Part shown: piece by piece, positions 52,686 to 64,000 of the stretch
How positions within the stretch are numbered: the first letter of the stretch is position 1
Layout of the letters: the number at the start of each line of letters is the position of its first letter
From: Geosiphon pyriformis uo1
Taxonomy: Eukaryota > Fungi > Glomeromycota
Assembly (NCBI GenBank): GCA_016748015.1
Contig: JAAOMT010000134.1
Span: 1,680,757 to 1,744,756 of the forward strand
Direction of reading: 5' to 3'
DNA length: 64,000 nucleotides
The notes under the pieces: generated by a model
Told to the model about the DNA's origin: nothing
Databases searched by the model: none
The model's input: the letters and a program-made list of their open reading frames with translations, nothing else
Program-made: the position numbers and the translations under genes

Positions 52686-54668
52686 TTGGATGTATCTTTA
52701 TTTGTAAACATAGAACTGGCAAATCCTGTTGCTGGTGGCTCTAGATCTACTTCTGTTGGATTGGAGAACTGGCCTGATACGAGAAAAAAAAGGGTGAATA
52801 GTATATACTTATGCAGTACATCTTACAAGAAGCCGAGAAATCCTAAAGTTGGAGTTGATGTGATTGACTCATCTGCTGGACCTCTGAGTCTGGCCAATAT
52901 TGGTATCATTAACAATAAGTTTTCGAAATCTTGGGGCAGTGAAATAGAATGCAAAGTGAGTAACATGGGTGGTCTGTTGAACTTGAAGAACATGAAAAAT
53001 ATTGTCACTGAGGAAACTAATTACGCTAACTTAGACAATTCTGTGGTCAATGGCATGGAAGATGATATCACACCTAAGAAAATGCGCACTTGTATATATG
53101 TGTTAGGTCAACTTCTAAAGACTTTTTTATTTAACATTTTAAGTGGTGATAAGAATATGATGGCTTTTTTGTCTTCTAAGTTTAAGGGTTCCAATCAGCT
53201 GCTGAGTATCAAGTCATGTGTTTCGGAAAAAAAATGAAACTTTGAGCCAGTAAAATTTTTTGCACTAGATATTGAGCTTTTGGCTATTCCAGAAAAATCT
53301 GTTAGTGACAAATTAATCTCAATAAAAAAAATTTTTTATTGAATTGATGGTTTTGAGAAAGTATTGACTTTTTCAAAATTCTTAGAAATCATCAGAGCTT
53401 CATTTACTTCTGAGTTTAGTATGAATAAGGCAAAGAAATTTGCAATCTGCAAGAAAATTATTATTAATAATAATCTAAGAAAAGTAAATAGCTGTTCAGA
53501 TCAGGAGGTGATCATCAAGAAGATCCCAGTAAATCTTCTCAGATCAGCAGTGGAATCGGTTTTTTCCAAATTTGACAAGATTATTTCAATCAAGATACAG
53601 TTGATTGGACTTTGACAGAAGGCTCTGGTAGAGTTTAAGTCATCTGAGGTGGCCAGTCTGATTGCTTCTAAATGGTCAGTGTTCATGAAAAAAGATTCTG
53701 TACATGTGACTTTGGCAAATAAGGACAAACAAATGTGAATATTTAAAGATCAGCATCAAGTTTTGCTTTATACTCTCCCAATTGGCACCATGGCCCATAA
53801 TTTTTCTGTTTTGGTAAGAGCTTATAGTAGAAGAACCTGTTTTATTGGCCATAATCCTGCATCATACATATGAGATAGGTGCACTGTCATTTGTTTTGAG
53901 GATGAAGTATCCAAATTGGCTGCTATTGGTTCTGTTCCAGTTTTTAAGAGTGTGAGTTTGCACTGGACTAGTCTTTTATTGGCATGTTGTGCCAAATGTA
54001 AACAATTTGGTCATGTTTCTGATATGTGTTTAGTTAATAAGAATTTTGGGGTTCATGGAAAGCAGATAGTAACTGATTGGGATCAGGTTTGTTTGACTGG
54101 TATTTATAAAAAAAAGCAAGCTTCTATTGCATGTCCAGTCTCTTTTGGTGGAAAAACTTGGGCCCAGATTGCTGGCAGCTCCTCACTTCATGTGATTTCT
54201 TTAGCTGCTCCTGGTGTTGGTTTGGTTTCGGGTGCAAATTCCCCTCCTTTGGCTTTTATTTCTCTTATTGTCTCTGGTTTAAATAATCATTTGGCTTTTC
54301 TGGAATGCTCTTTGGAAATTTTGTCTAAACAGGTTTCTGGTATTCTAAAAAAGTTGAGTTTTGTTGAGTTGGTGCTCTTAGTGTCTTCTTTTTGTGCTTC
54401 ATCTCTGGCTGTTTTTGTGCTTGTGGCTTCTGTTTTGGATTCAAATATGGCTCTAGATGATATGTTGACATCATCTTTTTTTCCTTTTCTAGGTGTTGAT
54501 GAGTTGGTTAATGGTTTTAATTTGAGTAGTTCAAAGATTCTGACTTCCAAAGTGGGTGGTTTGGAATCTAAGATGTTGACTCTGGAAGTGTCAGTCAGTT
54601 TTGTTTTGGCTAAGTTGGATTTTTTGTGTTCTGGTTCAGGTTTGTCATTGCTTTCTTTCTTTCAATAA
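52686..54668 (+). pseudogene. LINE ORF1 (RRM-like, CCHC CAKCKQFGHVSDMC)
   Basis: ORF fragments at 52686, 53364 and 53916; start approximate. Confidence 0.8.
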
Positions 54669-57600
54669 ATGGTCTAGTTTGAAAAATGGCTATTTGTAAC
54701 ATTAAGGGCATGACTAATTTGGAGAAACAAAAGGACATTGTTCATTGGCATCTAGAATCTGATAACATGGTTTCTTTTTTTACTGAGACTAAGTTAAGAG
54801 TAAGTGCTGGTCTTTGGATTAAGAACAGATTTGAGGGTGTCAGAATTTTTATGTCTGGTCTGGAAGAGAGGTTTCTTGGTGCAAGTATGGCTGTAGTTAT
54901 AAATAGTTCCTTGGCTTGGCATGTTTTGAAAGTTAAGAAGGTTCCTGATCAGGTCATTTTTGTTTGTTTGTTGTTTAAAAATAAGCTTTTGGTTATTTTT
55001 CTGAGTTTGTATGCTAGTGCTTCTGCCAAAACACATTTTGCTCAAGCTCTCAACATTAACTTATTCATCTCTAAGGTGGTTAATAATAGTTCTTTTGTGG
55101 TTGTTGGTGGAGATTTTAATAAAGACGGTGCTAGAAAATATGCTAGTTTTAGGAAGTATTCAGATTTGGAGTTGGTTAACTCGCTGAGTGGTTACTCTCT
55201 AAGTAAGTTGCCTACTTAGAGAAATTCTCAAGGAGTTGAAAAGACTATTGATTATGTTTTGTGAGTAAGATTCTTTCTTTAGCTGTTGCTGGCCATAATG
55301 TTGCCTCTGTGTTTGAACTTTTTGAAACCGATCATAATATGGTTGGAATCTTGGTTGGGTTGGAGGACTTCATTGATGCTTGTCTAAATAGTATTTGCAA
55401 GCAGACTAATAAAGACCACTGGAAGTATAGAATTAAAGATACAGATATTGTCAAATGAGGTTGTTTTAGGGATTGCTTTTTGGTCAGGTTGTCTTTGCTT
55501 TCGGATATCTTTTTGGTCTCAAAAGAAAAAAAAGATTTGGATGAGATGTGGGAGGTATTAAAAAGTGCTGTTTGTGATTTAGCTGATAAAAATTTCTTTA
55601 AGCATTGGTTTTGTGAATTCGATAGTCCTAAAAACAAACAATCTTCGAAGTTTTTTAAGCTGAAATCTTTGGTTGTCAGGATTACAAAAAGTTTGTGCTC
55701 AGGTAGATTGGTAGAAGTGGATTGTCTTGTTTGGGTTTGGTCGACTCTTGACATTGTCAAGGCCTTAGAGTTTGCTGTTTTGCTTGAAAATGGTTCAAAT
55801 TTACATGAGCTGTACAGTCTTTTGTCAAAAGTCAGGATATGTTATTGGAAATCCAAATACCACGAGGCTGAGTTGGCTAGATATAAACACATCAAAGATG
55901 TGATAGACAAATGTATAGAGAGTTTTAATTCTAATAAAGGTGGGATGATTAAAAGCATCTTAGAGCATCTTTTTCACAAAGTTGTATTGGATCATTTGGT
56001 AGTTAATGATGAGTTGATTTTGGATCCCATGGAGATTTGGTCTAAAGTAAATGAAATCATGGTGGACTGGACCCACAGACAGAGAATCTTTTCAGTCTTA
56101 TCTGATTTATGAGCTCATCAGTATGCCTCTTTAAATCATGTAGATGATGATGCCTTCTTAGGTGTGATGAGTGATATTAGCTTGAGTGAATTGTTTCTGG
56201 TTATCGGTGGGCTGCCCAATGACAAAGCTGCTGGTTTTTTTGATATAACTAATGAGTTGTGGAAGCACGGTAGTGCTGAAGTGTTGGCTTGTCTTCTTGA
56301 TTTGCTAAATTTTTGTTTGAAAGCTGGTGATATATCTGATTTGTGGAAGAGGGCTTGGGTTTCTATGATTCTCAAGCTCTATGAATGAGATAACATTCTG
56401 ACTAACACCAGGCCAATTGTCTTGATTGAGACAGCGAGAAAAATTTTATCCAAAATTTTGTCAGATCAGATTTCCTCGATCTGCAGTGAATTTGACATTC
56501 TTCATGGTAACAATTTCTCAGTTCTAAAAGGTACTTCAACTCAGTCTCCTGTGTTTGCTGTTGGCTCAATTGTGGAGAATGCTTTGGAAAAGGGCCAGAA
56601 AATTTGGCTGGTTCTACAAAATATATGTAAAGCTTATGATTTGGTTAGGTGGCATCATTTGAAGTCCAGTTTAAAGTGCATTAAGATGTGCAGCAGATTT
56701 ATTGAGTTTTTTGGGAATATCCATGAGAATAGAATTAATAGGATTATGACTGATTTTGGTTTGTCAAATAGTTACATTGTTCACAATGGTTTGGATCAGG
56801 GTAAAGTGTTTTTTCCGCTTCTCTGGAGGATTTTTTATGATCTTCTGTTGTGCGAGGTCAAGAGGCAGAAACATTTGTGTGGCTATAGAATTAATTCGAA
56901 TTTTGTGGCAAAGTCTGGCAAAGTTGAATCTAGTGGTGGCATGTCATTTTTTTTTGTTGCAGGTGCTTTTGTTGATGATACAATCTAAGTTGGTAATAGC
57001 CAGGCCTCAACACAGTATATTTTAGACATTTTAAGTAAATTTTTTGATGTAAATAATATTTCTATTAACAACAACAAAACTGTGGCAATTCTTATTAATC
57101 AAAAGGTGAAGGATGCCTTCTTGTACATCAGTGGTTAACCCATCTTCATTGCAAGAAAGAGTGAATTTTATAAGTATCTTGGTATTTTTTTGTCTACAGA
57201 GGGCCTTTCAAAGCCAAGTCTCATTAAAGCATATATGAATGTTAGGTTTTTTTCTAATTTGATTCTTAGAAAAACGGTGTCAGATAAGTAGTTCTCTTAC
57301 CTGGTTTCAGCAGTTCTTTAGTCTATTATATGTTATTGTACACAATTCAGTTTTGTTGTTAAAAGTGTGTGTCAAAAGTAGGGTATCATGATCAAAAAGA
57401 GACTTAGAGCTAAGGCATTTTTGCCAAAAGATTTTCCCATTGAGGCATTGTACTATTCATCTCTATATGGTTTGAAGCCTTTTAAGCAAGTGCAAGCTGA
57501 AGCCAAGATTGCTTCGGTAATTAGTTTCTCCAATGCACCAGGAATTCTTGGTCATCTGTTTGAGCACCATGCTTTAGACTTGAATTAGACTTCTTTGAAT

Positions 57601-59334
57601 TCCTTGTGCCATCCAATTAAGTTGAGAGTTTGTTCACTGAACAATTTTCTGGCTGGAATTGTAAAGATTTTCTTAGATATGGGTGTTTCTTTGGTTAACA
57701 AATTATCTAGTGCATTTTGTAAGTCTGGCTATTTTTCAATGTCTGAAATTCTGGATGTTTTATGCTATTTTGATGTGGTCCATTCATTGAAACATTTTGG
57801 TGTTGCTTTTGGTAACTGTCTGTTAACTAAGCAGGATCAAGTCATGAATTGAAAAACTTTTTATTGCTGGAAGAGGTTAAGCTCTAGGAGTTCAATGCCA
57901 GTTTGGTTTAGTAAAACTTTTGTGTACATGTGTGGTAGTCTAGTAGATTTAAACAATGGTAAAGTGTTGAATAGTTCTGGTCTTTTCTGTTCAAGTGATT
58001 TTTTGGTTGTTTACAAGCATCTACACAAGGTCTGAACAAAGGAGTTGAATATTTTCACTGATGGCTCATTGAGTGGCCTAAGCACATTAGGTATGGCTTG
58101 TGGAGCAGCTGCTTATTTTTCTGAGATTGATTTGGGTGTTGGTGTTAGGGTTCAGAGTCTGTTGTCTTCTATGCTGGCAGAATTATAAGTAATTGCAGTG
58201 GCTTTGGAGTGTGTTCTATTGTCCTGCTCTGTTGTTATTTATTTTGATAGTCAAGTGGCTTTGGATGCATACGTGTTTGAATGTGAGTTGGGTCAACCAG
58301 ACTTTTGCAACAGATGTTGAATGGAATGACATCATATTGCTAATTTGATTAAATTAAAAAATGTTACTGTGAGATAGGTTAAGGTAAAGGAACATTTTGG
58401 TGTGTTTGGTAATGATCAGACTAATACTATGGCCTGTGCTGCATTTCAATCTAGCTTGTTTCTTCCAGTTGAGATTCATGATAGGTTTTTTGTGGCAGAT
58501 AGTTTAGTGGTTTCTAGTAATGCTCAGCATTTTATCTATGATGTTTGCAGAATTATGTGTCATGTTTTATAAAAAGCTGGTCTTGGTGTGAGTGTCTTGA
58601 CCAGCTTATTGCTTCATTGCATTGATTGGAAGTGTACTGCTTCTGTTTGGCATCTGGATTTTCATATGTTGACAGGTTTTACTAGTAGGAGATTGGCTGC
58701 CCTGTGCACTTATTTGATAAAGACTGTTCATGATAAATTGTCAGTGGCTGTCCATAAGAGATTGTATGATATTGGTTACCCAAGTGTTTTATGTCTGATG
58801 TGTGATGACATCAAATTTTCTAATCATGCTTTTACTTGTTCTGTGAATTTACTTTTACATTTAGAGATTGTGGCCAATCACATTGGATTGTGGAAGTCTT
58901 TGGTGAGAGTTCACCTTTTTGCTTTGTCCTCAGTACTGAACACACTTGCGAATGCTTCAGATGTCTGTATTTATGCTGTTTTGTGCAAGGGTTTTGTTTT
59001 TCAAAATTGGATTGGTGAGACTATTTCCATTTTCAGAAACAGGAAAAAGGCCCAGTCAATTGTTGTTGAGTTTGTTTACCATCTTGCAGGTGACTGTTGT
59101 GATTATCTGTAGTTGTTGAGATCTAAGTTTAGAGTTGGTATGAAAAAAATTGGTCTGGTTTACAATGATGATAGAGTTTTTGCTCTGCCACGTGGTTTAT
59201 CCAGGTTGCTATCTGATGGTGTTGTTCACATGCTAGGTGTGGTGGAATCTTTTGCTGTTAGTTTTGGTTCATATAGGCATTGTTTGTTCTTTTCTGGTTT
59301 GGATAATAGTAATAGGATTCTGATAAGTGTGTAG
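54665..59334 (+). pseudogene. LINE ORF2: AP endonuclease, RT, RNase H, C-terminal zinc finger
   Basis: APE: CNIKG, TETKL, GGDFN, IDY, TDH. RT: TRPIVLIE, GLDQG..PLLWRIFYD, AFVDD. RNase H: FTDGS, AEL, DSQ, GN. C-terminal CLMCDDIKFSNHAFTC. Confidence 0.92.
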
Positions 59335-61216
59335 TATTGCCTTGATGGGCCTGAGTGGTCAGTCATGTGTAGTAAGTACATAAGCCATGTTTAGTTTGGG
59401 ATATTTTGTTTTATCTCTGTATGCTAGATAATAGTTAGGCTGTACTTATTAATTAATTATAAAAAAAAAATTAAAGTGTTTTTCTTAAATAATAAAAAAA
59501 CAAAACAGAAATTTAAAATTTTAAAGGTTTAAATGTAAAAATAAACTTATTTAAGAAAGTTAATAATTTAAGTTATGTTTTTATTGGTTGTTGTAATATA
59601 AATAAAAATTTAGTAATATAACAAATTTTGCAAATAATAATATTAATACAAAAAAATATTTTAAATTAAATTACTTAAATTATAATTTATAAAAAATTGT
59701 AACTTTTATGCCAATTACAATTTTTATGTCAATTATTATAAATTATATATTAATAAAATTGTTAAAATTAAACAGTCAAGATTTTCTTTATAATTAAAAA
59801 TGATTAATTGATTACTAAAATTTTAAATAATTAAAAAAATTTATAAAATTGTAACTAATACAAAAGTTTTAAAAAATTATAATTATAATTTTTTCATTTT
59901 TAGTTGACACCATTAAAAATATGTTTAAAATAATTTAAAACAAAGCTTTCAAAAATCGTAAATTAATATTACAAAAGAATAAGATATATTTATATTAAAA
60001 TTTTATATTTAATAAAAAAAGAATTAAACAAACACTTTTTTTAATTTTGAAATAATAGCATCTCAAACCGTTGATGGATAAAAAAAGTATACAAGACCAT
60101 GAAACATAAAAATTTTGCAGCTCTTTCTCTTCAATCACCTCCACGTCTTGAGTCGACCTGGAACGGGATTGCCACGAGTGTGTTTAATTTAAGCATAAGT
60201 GAAACAATGAAATGTAACTTCTGATAGTCTGTCTTTTACTCTTGGAAATGCCCATTCGTATATTGTTAAAAAGGGGTTGCCCCTTCCCACTCCAGTGGAA
60301 TGTCGCCATATCTCTTGACGGCTTAGGTATTATGATTTTGATCTTTGCGCACAATCAAGTATGCAGAAGCATAGAAGAGGGTCTTCTTATTTACCGAGGA
60401 TTCACCCTCCCATAATAAGTGGCTATTGGGTTTTCCTTCTAAATTCAATAATCCTAATTTTAACGAAACGTTCGGTTTCAGAATTATAATGCACCATCGA
60501 TCTCAATGTCTTTTCTTTATTATGATCAAGATTATAGGTTTTATTATCTCCAAAGATCACACGGTGGGTATTAATATCTGTAATCAACTTGTACCGCCCA
60601 ACCATTCATTCCAGAATATGTATACATTTGGACAAAACTAGCCTCAAAACCTCCAAGTAAAAAATTTGAGCCCTTTATCAAAAAATCATTATATCGCGTT
60701 TTTTTGATATTAAATTAATATAAATCTAATGATAATTTTCCAAAACTTTTTTCTCTGAAAACCCCGTCGAGAAATAAAAAATTGTTCGCCATAACTCGAA
60801 TTCAGAGATTGTCATAAACTGCAAATTTCATATGGTGAAATATAAGGGTAATTTTTTTGACATGTAGCGATTTACAGCTTTTATATTTTGAAGCTGTGAT
60901 TAACGTGTTTCACAAAGTAAGATCTAACCTAAATATTAACATATAAAATTTATACAAATAATTACACAGTTAAGAAAAAATTCAATATATATTTTCCAGC
61001 GAATCGATAAAGTCAAGACTGCAAACTTTGTGTAGAAATATGAAAAGTATTTTTCTTTGAACTCGATAATTAGCTAGGCGCACCAACAATTGACAAATGT
61101 TGAGGGTAAATAAAAAATCTGTACAAGAAGGTAAGTGGAAAAAAGGGAAAACAAAGGTTGGTGTATTATTATTTTTTAAATTTTTAAATTTTAATTGTCC
61201 CTTAGTTCAACATGAC

Positions 61217-64000
61217 CTATGTTTCAATGTCAACATACATTTTTGCTGACTCCTCTAACTGACGTTTATTCGAGGACTTAACACCAGCATTAGCAGTATG
61301 ATCTATCGTCCCGTTCAATAATGCAACCGCCAAATCTGTTCGTCTTTGCTTGATGCGCATTTTTATTTGCTTGTCCTCAGCGTTAATTTTATTTAAAAGA
61401 GTCTTCTAAATATGCAAAAAATCAAGCGAGGAATTATTAAATGCGGGGATGTTTAAAGTTAATTGATGAATAAGTTAATAACGAGATATATGACTAAAGT
61501 TTGAGCCTAACCTTCAACGTCCGTTCCTGACTAACCTCCTCTCTTTTAATAGTTTGCCAATTTCGATGCTTATCACAAGCTCCCCTACGATCAGAACATA
61601 AATTTTCATCGTCCTCGGGAGATTCGCACATTCTACTAATATCATCTGGGATTATATCTCCCCAAACTATACGTCGATCAAAACCACAAGGTTGATATTT
61701 AGGTTCCCCATGAAGTCCTTCACAACTGGTCTTCCATCTCGCTATTACTTTTTCAAGTAAATCATATCGTCTATCATTGATTTGCAAAGCCTTCTTTATC
61801 TTTTCTCGCTCGGCTTGATTTCGTTTAAGGTGAGCCAGATCATCACGTTCAGCTGCTAGATTTCTTGTATACCGTTTAGATTCAGAACTTTTGTTGCTGC
61901 CACCGTTTTTGGATTTCTTGCCATTTTGTGCTCCATTATTACCCTCTAGGTAAAGCAATAGCTTAGCTCTTTTTTCTTCAGATTCACGTAATCTCCCTTT
62001 AGCCCATTCAAGACCACAATCGCTTGAACAGTATTTAGATTCTGGAGCACGGGCAGGTTTCTTACATGATGGATTCTTGCATCTAGGTATCCATGAAGAT
62101 TGAAATCCTTGAGCTGGAAAGTAATAATTTAAGAGTTTTTTATTTGTTATTATTCAATTTACACTTATATAACGGATTAAGTATATTAATCGGCAATATC
62201 AAGTTTTCTTACCTGTGCAATTACTGCAATAATATTTATCAATTAAGAGGGATTCTTCTTCAGAAATATTGACGCAATCACCGTGATACCACTCACCGCA
62301 ATTCTCACAGCCAATCATAAAACGGAGGCCATCGTATAAAGTTTGACAAATGCAATACAACTTGGTATCAGGTTCAGGTGGATCCTCTAAGTTGATTGAT
62401 TGGATTGGATGCAATTCAGCCTTGATGACAATTGGCGACAAATTTGGGGAACCTACTTTACTAGCATGAGCTGAAACTGTACTAGATCTGATCTTTTGAC
62501 GTTTCTGGGGTTTGGCACCGGGATGAATCGTATCAGATTTGCTATTCAGGTCATCTCTTGAGCCGGGTAACGAAGACGAAGATTGTCGTTTTAATGTTTT
62601 CTTGGGAGTTTGAAAAGTTCGAGCAGTGGGTTTTTTTACTGTTTTTCTCGATAGTACTATCAACTTTCTTGTCTTCGTATTTTTTGGCTTTAAAGGATTT
62701 GAATATCGAGGACGCGGTATTTTCTCTTCACCAGAGGAAATTTCCTGTTTTATTATCGCCTTCTTAATGCCTTTAATACGTAAGACTGGATTTCTTTCAG
62801 GAGTGGAAATTTTTGAATCTTGAACTATTTCTTGGTTTATCATAGTTGGATGATCCAATTCTATGTCAGACTCGCTTGTAACTTCATCTTTTAGAGGTTC
62901 TTCGTATTCATACAATCCATCTGCCGAAGTATTTGATTGTGCGGGTGAACTAGGGGCATCTAATTCGTATGAATGATGGGGAACTATAAGCGGTGAGCTT
63001 TTTGTGTCAACGAATGAATCGATACAATATTCATTTTCAGATTTGATCAAGGGGGTGCTGGACGGGAAATTGTTGTTTTGGATATCAACGATATCATCAG
63101 TCTGAAGTTTAAGCTCTGGATCCTTTCTCTCTATGACGTCGGCTGCTATACACAACATGCTTAGAGAACCAGCTTTTTCTATCTCAGGCTTATCTATGAG
63201 TTGCCGCAAATCTTGAGACACATATTCATTTTCTAATGAATCACTAATTAACTTTTTTTCAGAATTAATTGTTTTTTCTTCTTTACTTTTAGCGTTTTTA
63301 TTGATGCTATTGGGAACTGAATCCACAACATCAATATTGAAGTGATTATCCGGCAGTAATTGAGTAAACTTGGATAAAGTTGGACTTTGGTAATCTATTT
63401 GGGAAGGTGATGGTGAGTTCTCATTCAGTGGTATATGCTGTGAAGAAATATTTGAGTGAGGAAGAGTGGGAGAAGTGATAATTGGGGATATTCGAGAATT
63501 TGGAAAGTCTGTTGGCGTGCTATTAATAATTGAAGGGGTATTCTGAAAGGCCTTAGAGTGAAAGTACCGTTGTCGGTTATTATTTTGAATGTTAACTTTA
63601 TTATAAAGTGGAGCTGGTGAGATGGTGTTAGTAATGGTAAGTGAAGTTGTATAACTTTGAGGTTTTGTGCTAGTTTGAAAACCTGAATAAGCAGAAGAGT
63701 GAGAAGGGGTAAAATGTTGGGGTAAGAGATGAGTTTGGGGTAGGGTGATTCTCATTGGAGGATACTGAGCTTTTACCTCACCTGTAGCAGGCAAAATACA
63801 GTATTGTGGGCTAACAACGTTGTTCAAGTTATTGATCGGATTTGGTTGTAACAGTGTTGGAGAGTTGGGTATTTGTGAATGGCGATGCGGTGGTGACGGT
63901 GCCGGGTTTAACATTGAGGAAATGTTAAAAGGCTTTGGTTTTGGAGAGGGAGACGATTGTTGCATCATTTCTTCTTGTTGGTGTTGATGCTGTTGCCCTT
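61217..64000 (-). CDS. SPP1: COMPASS/Set1C PHD-finger subunit Spp1/CFP1-like; exons >64000(or 63968)-62213, 62113-61512, 61405-61217
   Basis: PHD finger LYCICQ..MIGCENCGEWYHGDC..YYCSNC. GT-AG introns at 62212-62114 and 61511-61406 join the exons in frame. CKNPSC..SKYCSSDCG, CGFD and CDKHRNW motifs are typical of Spp1/CXXC1. The frame stays open to the window edge, so the start may lie upstream. Confidence 0.88.

Larger units (their letters stand above)
52584..59470 (+). mobile_element. Full-length decayed LINE (ORF1 + APE-RT-RNase H-CCHC) with TSD ATTAAAGTGT
   Basis: TSD at 52574-52583 and 59470-59479; poly(A) at 59461-59470. Confidence 0.93.

Noticed and set aside
60060-60641. Moderately GC-rich stretch with short ORFs (60423-60605 minus; 60426-60641 plus)
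   Set aside because: No recognisable motif and several stops in all frames examined. Possibly a gene relic or ncRNA, but not supportable.
61217-64000. Functional link between the SPP1-like chromatin gene and the adjacent TE island
   Set aside because: Adjacency only.

Overview
AT-rich fungal genomic window. The style of the repeats and proteins suggests Glomeromycotina/Mucoromycota (possibly Geosiphon-like), but this is an unverified recollection. Bases 1 to ~59.5 kb are a CpG-depleted island of decayed retroelements. It holds six Ty3/Gypsy (Metaviridae) LTR elements (E1-E6) nested five levels deep, two copies of an ORF1-only non-autonomous LINE derivative (HAL1-like), and one full-length LINE (APE-RT-RNase H) with a target-site duplication (TSD). 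After ~60 kb the DNA retains CpG and carries a spliced SPP1/CFP1-like COMPASS PHD-finger gene on the minus strand. The LTR elements share an unusual layout: LTR-PBS-[ORF0-Gag-Q/N-rich linker-PR-Cys-rich domain-dUTPase-dUTPase-like-RT-RNase H]-STOP, then a separate integrase ORF with its own ATG, then a non-Env accessory ORF3, PPT and LTR. The TSDs are 4 bp, and the PBS sits between two competing hairpins. Decay is almost purely C>T/G>A transitions in all dinucleotide contexts (RIP-like). All alignments and counts were done by eye.
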